Part shown: one piece after another, positions 44,367 through 58,609 of the stretch
How positions within the stretch are numbered: position 1 is the stretch's first letter
Layout of the letters: the number at the start of each line of letters is the position of its first letter
Assembly: GCF_009914755.1 (NCBI RefSeq)
Contig: NC_060925.1
Strand: one strand, 5' to 3'
Source of the DNA: the human T2T-CHM13v2.0 reference genome, Homo sapiens
DNA length: 64,000 nucleotides
The notes under the pieces: generated by a model
The model's database searches: none
Seen by the model: only the letters and a program-made list of their open reading frames with translations
What the model was told of the DNA's origin: nothing
Position numbers and translations under genes: made by a program

Positions 44367-46489
44367 CTGCTAAGATGGGTACTAATCAGTTAATGAGAAA
44401 TCCATCCCATGGTACCCACTCCTTTTAACCAGAATTCTTGGAGACATGTAAGTAGCATTGCTAAAGGCAATAATTTGAAGCAATTTGGCCAATTATTGAG
44501 GAAAGGATAGGCATATAGGCAGGAGAGGAAGTAAGAGAGAAAGTTGGGGCCCGATCACCATCGGTATGTTTCATATTACATTAACATGTTTGGATTTGAG
44601 TTCATTCAACATGGTGATGCAGTGGCCTGCTGGTTAAGGCCCTCCTTGTCATGACAGTTGACATTCTATTTCAACACCTGTAAACAATAGGTGTGCCCTT
44701 CTGTACACACACACCGTAAGCATCTCTTGTCTCCTCATCTGCAATACAACAGAACAGAGACAGGGTGATTTTTCAAATCAAGGCCACAGGTCCCAAATGT
44801 TTTTCTCAAATTCTGTTAGTGATCTCATTGGTAGAACCAGTGCCAGGCCGGGCTAGAAATCCAATCAGAAACAATGTTTACTAAGGGCTGAATTAAGAAG
44901 GAATCTCTTGGGTGAGGGAGGGTTTTTCTCCCTTGGCAAAATATGATTTGCTGTTTTCAAGTTAATGAAAAGAAGGGGGAAAACAAAAAATAACAACTGA
45001 AAGATCTTTTAAAGGAAGTACAAACTTGGACAGACCAAGGAACACTTATGAAACAGCCTGCCCTGCTGTCTGGTTCCAGCCTTGCAAGACTTAAGCCACA
45101 GTGACCCCAGGGTCACGGAAAGAAGCAGCCCGCTGGGGTTAGGGTTTGAGGAGGAGGAATGCTGTCCAGCACATGTGGGGCAGGGCGGCAGGTTTATCTC
45201 AAGGGCTCAAGATTCTACAGTAAGCCCCAGGGTATGTTGACTGCCTGTCTGGGTAGACATCGGGCCACCCAGTCCTCTAATGTGACTCTGGATGATGGGT
45301 TGGCTGCAGATGGTGAGGCGAGCCCAGCTGGCCTTACAGCTACAGACAGGAAATGCCAGAGCCCTGGGGATTGGGCATCATGGAGTTCATTAAATCACAT
45401 GCCTTCCAGCTGTAAGGTTGTCCAGTCTCACTCCCATCAGTTGATGTCTGAATTCCCTCAGCAACATTCTTACCAAGTGGTCATTAAGCCAGTACTTGAA
45501 TAGCCCCCATGACAGAAACTTTTATCCTTCAAGAAAGTCAGTTTTGTCTTTGGATAGTTCTGGCTGGAGGGGTAGGAGTTACTAAATCCCTCCATTACTT
45601 CAACTGCCTGGTGGGGGATGGTTCTCTGCACTCACACAGAAGACATTTCTGCCCATCCCAAGTGGCAGGAGTTGGTCTGAACACCTGGGTCTGCCAGAAG
45701 GCACATCATTCTAGTCACCCTACATCTCCAAGCATAGGTGACAGGGGCATTTTGAACTGCATGTCACAGGAAGAGGTCTGCTTTGTTTACCTCTGAATCT
45801 TCAGCAGCTGCCCCATGATTGACACTAGAAAAACTAGATAAATATTTCCAAAAAATGAATTTATGAACAAGCCTAAGGCTTTGCCATTTATCTCATCAAG
45901 AAAGAGAATTTGGATTTACAAAAGTCAAATGTGATTTTAAAGGGCATTCAACACTCAACAAAGTCATTCTAACCACTCCTCCCTTAACCCAGTGCACGCC
46001 ACCTAGGGTAAGTACCAAATTTTGTGCTGTGCTTTTGCAATGGGTCTCTACTTGAAGAGATATACTATTTCCTTTATCATATTGTAAATTCCTCCAGGAA
46101 GTTTCACCAGAAAGTTATTCTGACTTATTGTATAACTTCCAAAGTTATACAGTGCAGGGCAGACATTGAATAGTAAAAATGTTCCACACTTGGTCTATAC
46201 TAGGTACCCACAAATATTTATTGAATGAATGAGTGAATGAATGGCAGAGGGAAAGGCTTTGTTGTTGTTTTGTAAAAGTAGAGAAGTCAGATTATCCAAA
46301 CTTTACTTCTTACAAACATAAACATGCATATATGCACACACACATTCCTTTCCTTCTCTTAACTTTGAATAATTCTTGGAGTGTTTTGACTATTCCCAAA
46401 CTTATTTTTCAAAAATAAATATTTCCACCGTTTCCCTTAAATTAACCTACTGTATTTTTGGCCATTAATCATAAACCCTGGGTTTTATT

Positions 46490-47717
46490 TGTAGATAATA
46501 GTAAAAATTAATAATTAAGAATGTACATACTATAAACTGTAAAATAAGAACTAAAGTGACACAGTAAAGAATTATGGATAATAAATATTATTATCCATAA
46601 ATATTATCCATAATTCTTTATTGTGTTACTTTAGTCCTTATTTTACATTTTATAGTATAAATAGTAGAGGAGATAAATAGAATACTTTTTAAAAATACTG
46701 AATTAGTCCAAAAGAAGGTAGAAAAAGAAGAAAAATAGAACAAAAAACAGATGAGACATAGAAAACAAATACCAAGATGCTATATTTAAACTGAAGCATC
46801 TCAATAATCATATCAAATGTAAATGGTCTAAACATCCCAATTAAAAGAAAGAGATGTCCAGATTTGATTAAAAATAAGCGAAAAGCAAGACCCAAATAAA
46901 TACTACCAATAAGAAACCCACTTTAAGCAAAAAGATACAAATAAGTGAAAAGCAAAAGGATATAAACGGTAATCTTAAGAAAGCTGTAGTGGCTATATTA
47001 ATATCAGAAAAAGCAGATTTCAGAGCAAAAAGTATTTAGCCAGGGATAAAGCTGTTTCCCATTTAGTAAAAATAAAGGTGCTAAATTATCAAGAGGACAT
47101 AGGATAGGAATCATAAATGCTTATATTTGTAACAACTAACCTTCAAAATACATGAAACAAAATATGGAAAAATTGCAAGGATAAATTAACAGATACATGA
47201 TTATAATAAAATATTTTAACACTTCCCTCTCAGTAGTTAATAGACACAGAAAGAAAATCAGTACAAATAACAACTCGAATAACACTATCAACCAACTTGA
47301 TCTAATTGACATTCAGAGAACATTCCACCAAAAAACAAACAAACAAAAAGGTCAACATAATACAAATTCTTTTCAAGTGCATATAGAACATTTTCAAAGA
47401 CAGACCATATTCTGGGCTATTAAGCAAGTCTGAATACATTTAAAAGGATTTGGGTCATACAAAGTATATTCTCTGACCAAAAATGGAATTAAAATAGAAA
47501 TCAGTAACAGAAATATATCTGGAAAAAACTGCAAATATTTGGAAACTAAATTTCACACTTATAATCTATAGGTCAAAAAAGAAATCTCAAGGGAAAATAC
47601 AGTATATTTTAGAATACATAAAAATGAAAATACAACATATCCAAATTTGTGGGATGCAGACCAAGCAGTACATAGAGGTAAATTTATAGCACTAAATGCT
47701 CATATTAGAAAAGAACA
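46490..47717 (+). mobile_element. Old L1M, start of ORF2 (endonuclease region)
   Basis: aaatgtaaatggtctaaacatcccaattaaaag; NTINQLDLIDIQRTFH; ctctgaccaaaaatggaattaaaatagaaatc. Confidence 0.85.
46527..46658. repeat. Inverted repeat with 57-bp arms and 18-nt spacer
   Basis: Arms 46527-46583 and 46602-46658 are reverse complements with about 4 mismatches. Confidence 0.9.
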
Positions 47718-48008
47718 GTCAGGCATGATGGCTCATGCCTATAACCCCAGCACTTCGGGAGGCTGAGGAGGCAGGATAACTTAAGGCCAGGAGTTTGAGC
47801 CTAGCCTGATCAACATAGCAAGACCCTCTCTCTATAAAAACTGCAAAACAAACAAAAAAACAAACAAAATTAGTCAGGTACAGTGGCATGCACCTATAGT
47901 CCCAGCTACTTGAGAGGTGAAGCAGGAGGGCCCAGGAGTTCAAGACTGCAGTGAGCTATGATCATGCCACTGCACTTCAGCCTGGGTAGCACAGTGAGAC
48001 CCTGTCTC
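47718..48008 (+). mobile_element. AluJ
   Basis: aagactgcagtgagctatgatcatgccactg. Confidence 0.9.
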
Positions 48009-48098
48009 AAAAAAAAAAAAGAAAAGAAAGAAAGAAAGAAGGAAGGGAAGGGAAGGAAAGGAAAAGAAAAGAAAAAGAAAAAGAAAGAAAGAAAGAAA

Positions 48099-48132
<34 letters not shown>

Positions 48133-48312
48133 GAAAGAAAGAAAGAGAAAGGAAGGAAGGAAGGAAGGAAGAAAGAAAGAAAGAGAAAGAAAGAAAGGAA
48201 AAGAAAGAAAGAAGGAAAGGAAAAGAAAAGAAAGAAAAAAAGAAAGAAAGAAGGAAGGAAAGGAAAAGAAAAAAAAAAGAAAGAAAGAAGGAAGGAAAGG
48301 AAAAGAAAAGAA
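48008..48312. repeat. About 305-bp purine-only (GAAA/GGAA) compound microsatellite
   Basis: Read directly. Confidence 0.97.
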
Positions 48313-48390
48313 GGCCCGGGCATGGTGCCTCACACCTGTAATCCCAGCACTTTGGGAGGCCCAGGTGAGCAGATCACCTGAAATCAGGAG
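48313..48390 (+). mobile_element. Alu 5' fragment, truncated
   Basis: ggcccgggcatggtg...agatcacctgaaatcaggag, then an abrupt end. Confidence 0.9.
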
Positions 48391-48429
48391 CATGATTCAG
48401 GAGCATAATTCAGGAGCATAAATCAGGAG

Positions 48430-49372
48430 CATAATTCCAAATGCTGAAATGCCAAAAAATCAAAATCCTGAAAATGTAATTCTGGAAAAAATAATTTTTA
48501 AAAATTCTTTAATAATATTTATGTTTTAAAAGGGTCTTTGTTTGAGAAATATACCAGAACACTTCATAGGCCACTTTACACAATGAAATAGGCAATAATA
48601 ACTATATGTTTTTCAAGCATAAACACTAGATATACTAACAACAGTTGCACAGATATAACAGTTATAAGCAGATGAACTGTATTCACAAAGAAATAGGTCA
48701 AAAGCAAAATGTATAAATGTAGATCACTATGGTTGGTAATTGTGTGCACCCATGTTTATAATTTCAGTTATCTGAAATACTGTGACAGATGACCTATGTC
48801 GTTTGATAAGATGAATCAAAAACTGCAATGGGTCACCACTGCATATGCAGTCGTGCAAAGAGCCTAGATCTCAAAAAATTTTACCTTTCACAAATGCAGT
48901 TGTATGAAGAGGAAATATCTTCACTTATTGAGAAAGCTTTGGTGTTTTTACATACAAGCACAATGGTTACCCACAATCAGTGTTGTGATAATGCACTTTT
49001 GGGAAGTCAAATTTGCAAAAAAAATGCATAAAACAAATCAAAACTCTCCAAAAGTCTTTACATGGTTTATACCTCTAGTATTAGAAATGATGCAAAGAGA
49101 AATACTTAGCATAGCAAATTGTAAAAAATAATGCTGATACTTTAAAATAGTGGGGGAAAAGTAAGAAAAAAACTAAAAAACTAAAAAGAAAATTCAGCAT
49201 ATTAAAAATATATTACAAGGGTAGATTGTGGGCAATTGCACACACGTAGTCCATAAGAACAGGCCAACTTTCATGATCATTAACTATTTTCTGAAGTCTT
49301 GCATTGTGATGAATAGCTGCTTTTCATCTTTTAGGGCATGGCTCTCCTCAAAGAATAAGTTCACATTCATTT
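48430..49372. mobile_element. Ricksha-like MULE/MuDR DNA transposon fragment
   Basis: cataattccaaatgctgaaatgccaaaaaatcaaaatcctgaaa resembles my recollection of the Ricksha subterminal repeats; AT-rich body. Confidence 0.6.
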
Positions 49373-51245
<1,873 letters not shown>

Positions 51246-51339
51246 AGGATGGTGACTTTTCTAAATTATTTTGTGCTAGAAGTTCTTTATGCTCTACATT
51301 TCAAATATTCTGCCGTATACTTAGAACAGATGAGAGCTT

Positions 51340-51623
51340 TGGTCCAATCAAACATGCTGATTGACAGACAGGACACAGTGAACCTGCACACGGTGCTCTG
51401 TTTCCATTTGCCCTCTGTTTCATTATTCTACTTCTCTTCCAAAGCCTGGCTCTATGTTCCTTCCTTTGTGATTCTCCCCTCTCAGAATGAATCACTCCGT
51501 GCTTCCTTGGTCACATAGTGTACATTTCTTTTAAGAGTTAATTGAATTTTTTAAGGTCAGACATGTAGTCCTTAAATATGGGCCTGTCCTAGTCACTAGA
51601 AAGCAAGCTCTTTGTGGACAAAG
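51340..51623 (+). repeat. Copy 1 of a local ~285-bp direct duplication
   Basis: Matches 53080-53688 once the Alu is removed. Confidence 0.95.
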
Positions 51624-53079
51624 TCTGTCAGTTTTTTAAGAGCTTGCAGTAAGTGCCTTTATGAAGTGGCTGCCCAGCCCATAATACCCTCCTCTGAGAA
51701 CTGCCTGCTCTGTCCACAGCAGCATGCTCCTTTCAGCACCTATGCTTGAGCTATAAGATCTTGTTCTCTGAGCTGGGCCAGAGTCTCTTCCCCAGAATTT
51801 GGAATTGGGGTAGAGCCATGATCTGGCTGTCTCTTGGCCCCTTGCCCTGCACACAGGCCATTCAGGCACTGTCGGGTGGCTGACCTGGTGAAGGTCAGCA
51901 TGCAGGGAGAGAAGGCAGCCAACTCAGGGAGAAGCAGAGCAGGAAACAAACAACACTCTCAGGACTCCGGACACACCTCAGTCACCCTCTGCCTTGGGTG
52001 GCCTGAGATTCCCCTAATCCCTTCCAAACATCCTTTCTTTTCTGCCAAAGCTCTTTTGAAGTGGCATTCTGTTATAAGCCACCTGAAGAGATTTAATTTT
52101 AATACTTACACGACCACAAACCAACTTATACCTACTATTTTCAGTATTCTTATTTTATATTTATGCTTATTTTAATTATTCAGAATTCCTTTGTGAATTT
52201 AGTACAGCCATTTCCAATGGCAAATCCACATCAACTGCTTCTGTTTTTCCTTAAAGTAACAGCAATGCTGTCTTTTCTTGTCAGAGTGGAAACCACTGAC
52301 GGAGGATGAGCTGAGCTGGATTTCCAGTAAGAGGGAGGAAAGGAGGCATCTCTTCCTATCTTGAGACATTGAGGCAAATATTTACACTTGGAAACGAAAC
52401 CCATCCTGAAGATAAAATGTCTCAAAATTTCCCCATTTGGAATTGTTTTCTTATATTTTATCTAAATTCTACAGACCTTAACTCCAGTTAAAATCAGAAA
52501 AAATCAGAAATCTAGAGAAAATCAGAAAACAGTTGTTATTGGTCTCTCACATACATACAAGCTATCATTAAGGTGCTGTTTAACCCTTTGTTTCCTAGGC
52601 TAAATAACCCCATTCTTGGCCTTCACCCTTCATCGTCTTTTTGGCTTGACCCAGACTGGAATCCAGTTTGCTCTTCCATTCCCTGCTGCTTGCATCCTGC
52701 TTGATTTCCACATTAAAACAGGATGTTGATAAACCTTCTCTTTCCTCCTCCCAAATGTCTTTAGTCACTTCTCTGCCCTCCCCTCCGTTCTCTCTGTCAC
52801 TTCCAAAGTTCAAGCGCTCATGAACTCTTGCCTGTGTTTTATAACTAACACCTCTGCTCTCTCCTGTCTTCCTGCATCCTACATAGAACTGCTGACAAAG
52901 ATGCCCTCCTTCACCAATGCGTTTTTCTAATGCCTAGTCATGATTATAACATTCCCTTGCTCAAAACCCTTCCCTCTTGCATATAAAATAAAGTCTCAGC
53001 TCTATAGTCTTGCATTCACCCCACATTCTGCATCAGCTGGTCCAATTAATCTCCCACTACACTACCTTTGTGCTTCCTA

Positions 53080-53688
<609 letters not shown>

Positions 53689-53860
53689 CTGGGCCCTATA
53701 CCGCCCAGTAAGCTCCAGGTCCCTAATGTAATGTATGGCAGGCAGTGTGTGATCTGTGAATACTGGTTGAATCAAGTTTGAAAAAACATACGTATCTGCA
53801 GGCAAGCTGTGGGTCTACACGGTTTACTCTGGTCATGTGACTACTATTTCAGAAGATCCA

Positions 53861-53886
53861 TGAGGTCAAATGACTCAGCAAAATTT
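53861..53886 (+). promoter_or_regulatory. Consensus NRF2/small-MAF antioxidant response element
   Basis: ATGACTCAGCA at 53870-80 with A/T-rich flank AAATTT; TGAGGTCA immediately upstream. Confidence 0.45.
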
Positions 53887-54404
53887 TGCAGGCCAAATAA
53901 CAGGAAATCCGAACTTCAAAAGCACACTCCATTACCACTGATCTAAAACACATGTGCCTGGAGATCCAGTGCTGGAGCTGGGGAGATTTTCTACAGCACA
54001 CACCAACCGACTGCCCGCAGCCTGATACTGGGCCTCCAGGAGGGACTGATAAACCACAGGCTCCTCCGGTGTCTGGTCCCCCAGCAAGGGCACTTGCAAA
54101 GCCTGCAGATCCCTAAGCATGCATACAGAGCTTTGCCTCCCTTTTCCAAGAATTCTGTCCGCCTAGACTTTCCAGATCATCAAGACCTGCCCCTACAGAC
54201 ACTCAAATTTTTAAAAGTAAAATCTATTTTGATAAAACATATTCCAAAAGGAATACAATCCCACAATTCCCCACCTCCTTAAGACCTCTTCTTGATAGAT
54301 CCAGGCTGACATCAGATATATTAATTGCTGTCTTTCGCACAGGATTGCCCATCCTACTACTGGAGAGGTAAAAATCATTGTGCCCTCAAATAAAAATTAC
54401 CACA

Positions 54405-54655
54405 ATAATAATAGCCAACATTTATGAGCACTTTCTATGTACCCAGCACACTAAGAGTTACTCTGCATATATTGTTTCATTTTTGCTTCGCAATATCCCT
54501 AAAAGGTAGGTGTTATTTTTCCCATCAGTTTCCAGATGAGAAAACCAAAAAGCAGTGAGGTTAAGTTACTTGCCCAAGGTTGCAAATTAAATAATGGAGA
54601 CAGGCCCTAACCGAGGCCGTTGGGCCCCCAAGCCCACACAGGTAAGCCCTCCACT
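54405..54655 (-). mobile_element. MIR
   Basis: aataatagccaacatttatgagcac...cagatgagaaaacc...ggttaagttacttgcccaagg. Confidence 0.85.
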
Positions 54656-54969
54656 CTGCTGCCTCCCTAGGTACAATGAGCCTGAGGTACAATGACCAGC
54701 TGGTCCCAGGACTTTGCAGGCTTTAGCACCATGAAACACCAGGAAAAGCTGAGAGTTGATCATCCTCGCTTGAAAGCTGGAAAGCACTCCGCTAGAACCC
54801 TTGGCTTTTATAGGCCCTGTGCTCCTCTCCAATGGTCCATCCCTATCCGTTGAGGATGGGGAAGGAGGCCCTTTCCCAAGCAAGTCAAACTGGTTAAGTC
54901 CAGGTCTCTCTCTGCAAGGTCAAAAAGAGACACAGGGGCTCCCTAAGACAATTAATAATGCAGCTCTTT

Positions 54970-55373
<404 letters not shown>

Positions 55374-56929
55374 TTATATTCAAAATGAGAGAATAGTTGT
55401 ATACACTTATTATGGGCAATTTTCTAAACCATTCTATGTATATGAAGGCATGTTAAAGAGCTAATTATTTAGATAACGAAAGGGAAAGGAAACCCCTCCT
55501 TCCCAAGAAGCAGCATGGCACCATGCATTATTTGGTGTCACCTGTCAGCAAACCACAATGTGACTCTAGTCTCCGGTGTGGATGCAGGTCTCGGGGCTGA
55601 GGCTCTGCCTGCAGTTGTGCCCCATTATTTGTTTGGAAATGTCACAAATAGGAATGCTTCCATGAGAACCCTGACACCAGGAACTTAAAGGAACTGCTTA
55701 CTTGCACAGGAACAGCTCTAGGCAGAAACCTGAGTTAACTGACACTGCGTTTCCAGTTTATTCCAGTGTGGTTTTAGTGCTCCTTCAAAACTAGTATCCC
55801 AAGCAGTGTCCATAAGCCCCAGAGACTCCCTCTTTAATTTGCCTGGGTCTGCTGGCCTGAGAAAAGTAACCGGGCTTTGTCACCAGTCTTTTCCTCAAAG
55901 ACCTTTTCTGAAATCATCTGTGGTTGGGGAGGCTGAGGTTAATGGCAGTCTGGTCCCCAGAAAAGTGGGGCTGCTGTCTTTGGAGAGTGTTGCTTCCATA
56001 TGACATTAAGTGCTCCTTTGAGAGTTCAAGGTTAACTTCCAGACAAAACAAACAAGGCTTTCTGCCTTGTTTGCATCTGCACAAGCTGGGACATTGTCTT
56101 GGCAGGAAGACTCAACGGTTTAGGGAAGGACAACAGGCAGAGGAAAGCTGATCAGCCTAATGGTAAGATTGGCCCTGCTCTGTCTCCCAGTGGCTCTCTG
56201 TTTATCTTGGACTCGCTTAGCAACGTCCAACAGGCTGGACGGAGCCATTCCCTGGAGGGTTCCTTGAGCCTACGCATCTCACAAGCCTCCCCCAGAGGGA
56301 TTCCGCAGTTCCAAGAAGGGCAATGGCGTTTGATGGGGCAGCTGGGTTACTCTTCAATGAACTAAACGACTCCTTTAGAAACTACAGACCAAATAGTATG
56401 AGGGTGCCTGAAAAGAGGAGTAATAAACAACAACAAAAATATGTTCCATGGAAAATTATAAAGGCATTTTTAAAGGACCCTGGGGCTCACATTTCTGTTC
56501 ATTTTATTTTATTTTTAAAATTTTTTCCTTAAATTTAACTATTTAGGAAATTGATTTTTAAAACCACAAGGTCAAGATATTTTCCTCCTTCAAAACCAAA
56601 ACCGAACCTAGTCTGTTTTCTTTCAAAGGAAGTTCACAGCATCTCCGTGGAGAGAAGTGGTCACCTTGCACAGGCATCTCAGTGCTACTTTGTCTCAATC
56701 TCCATACACAAAACAAAAGAGAAAAACCTGCTCACAGAATCTAATTTATAAGAATATAAAAAGAAGATGCAGACCAAAGAGGATAGCCTCAGAAATATTA
56801 AGCTGTTTTCAAAGTAATAAAATCTCATGTCAAACTAATAAGATCAAAACCAATCACAACTTCAGAGTTCACTTGTGTAAAGGATTTAGCTCCAAAGCAT
56901 TGATGACATCTTTAAAGTTAAAATATACC

Positions 56930-57230
56930 CAGCTGCATGGAGTGGCTCACGCCTGTAATCCCAGCACTTTGGGAGGTTGGAGCTGGCAGATCACTTGAGC
57001 TCAGGAGTTTAAGACCAGCCTGGGCAACACGGCAAAACCCCATCTCTACTAAAAATACAAAATTTAGCCAGGCATGCACACCTGTAGTCCCAGCTACTCA
57101 GGAGGCTGAGGCACGAGGATCACTTGAACCCAGGAGGCAGAGGTTGCAGTGAGTCAAGATCATGCCACTGCACTCCTGCCTAGGCTACACAGCGAGATTC
57201 TGTCTCAAAAAAATAAAATAAAATAAAAAT
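56930..57230 (+). mobile_element. Alu (J or old S)
   Basis: Full dimer; TSD aaagttaaaatata. Confidence 0.92.
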
Positions 57231-57374
57231 AAAGTTAAAATATATAGAATTGATGGCCTCTTGCACATGGACATACAGAGAAAAATCTCTAAAAGCCTTG
57301 TTCTTTGGCCCTTTGCATTCAGTTTAAAGCAAATTAGATACAATAGAGACTCATTCACATATTGTTTACATATT

Positions 57375-57645
57375 GCAAACTTTCCTACTCTCTAAAATGT
57401 ATTTGCAATCCCAAAATCAATACTTGTGGTCCTTTCAAGGTCATTAGCAAACACACACCAAGCAGCAAAAAATTTCAGTTACCCATCACACTCCTTCCTA
57501 GTTGATCTTAAACAAGACAATTCTCTGCCTTCTTGTTTCAGCTGTCATACTGTAAACTGGGATCCTTTTCACAGTCTATTTAGTGCAAGCTTTTTCATAT
57601 TTCTGTGCTTTTTCTTGGTGATTTTGCTGCTTAAAAGTGTCTCCA
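57375..57645. mobile_element. MER82-like TcMar-Tigger fragment
   Basis: cccaaaatcaatact...ctctgccttcttgtttcagctgtcatactgtaaac...tctatttagtgc. Confidence 0.65.
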
Positions 57646-57649
57646 AAAA

Positions 57650-57812
57650 AAAAAAAAAGCCTAATTCATAGCAACAGAGAACAAAATGGTAATTGCCAGG
57701 GGTGGGGGACAGGGAGCAGGGCAAATGAGAAGACATTGGTCAAAGAGCACACATTTTCAGTTATAAGAGAACAGGTAAGTTCTGTGGATTCAATGTACAG
57801 CATAGGTAATGA
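57650..57812 (+). mobile_element. L1MA/MB 3' UTR fragment
   Basis: attcatagcaacagagaacaaaatggtaattgccagggg...ttttcagttataaga...aatgtacagcat. Confidence 0.7.
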
Positions 57813-57871
57813 CAGATGTATTAATTTTGTTTTGGTAAGCATACACAAGCTTCAGTAGCCAATTTGTTTAA

Positions 57872-58546
57872 GTGGAAGAAAGGATATCAGTGATTGAAGA
57901 TCAAATTAATGAAATAGAGAGAGAAGACAAGATTAGAGAAAAAAGGGTGAAAAGAAACAAACAAAGCCTCCAAGAAATATGGGACTATGTGAAAAGACCA
58001 ACTCTACGTTTGATTGGTGTATCTGAAAGTGACAGGGAGAATGGAACTAAGTTAGAAAACACTCTTCAGGATATTATCCAGGAGAACTTCTCCAACCTAG
58101 CAAGGCAGGCCAATATTCAAATTCAGGAAATACAGAGAACACCACAAAGATACTCAAGAAGAGCAACCCCAAGACACATAATTGTCAGATTCACCAAGGT
58201 TGAAATGAAGGAAAAAATGTTAAGGGCAGCCAGAGAGAAAGGTCGGGTTACCCACAAAGAGAAGCCCATCAGACTAACAGCGGATTTCTCGGCAGAAACT
58301 CTACAAGCCAGAAGAGAGTGGGGGCCAATATTCAACATTTTTAAAGAAAAGAATTTTCAACCCAGAATTTCATATCCAGCCAAACTAATCTTCATAAGTG
58401 AAGGAGAAATAAAATCCTTTACAGACAAGCAAACGCTGAGAGATTTTGTCACCATCAGGCCTGCCTTACAAGAGCTCCTGAAGGAAGCACTAAACATGGA
58501 AAGGAACAACTGGTACCAGCCACTGCAAAAACATGCCAAATTGTAA
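57872..58546 (+). pseudogene. L1 ORF1p remnant (C-terminal RRM and CTD part)
   Basis: QSLQEIWDYVKRP, RATPRHIIVRF, YPAKL; N-terminus missing. Confidence 0.95.
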
Positions 58547-58609
58547 AGACCATTGATGCTAGGAAGAAACTGCATCAACTAATGGGCAAAATAACCAGCT
58601 AACATCATA

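Noticed and set aside
46129-46151. loxP-like ATAACTT...AAGTTAT
   Set aside because: Arms and spacer do not match the 13-8-13 loxP architecture; it is a simple short palindrome.
47940-48393. Lys/Arg/Glu-rich and Phe/Leu/Ser-rich ORFs (also 6044-6402 and 29202-29495)
   Set aside because: Translations of microsatellites that lack stop codons.
48384-48435. Regular short repeats as a CRISPR-like array
   Set aside because: Contiguous tandem units without spacers, in primate DNA.
51731-51751. REST/RE1 site (ttcagcacc; also 54722)
   Set aside because: Only the left half-site is present.
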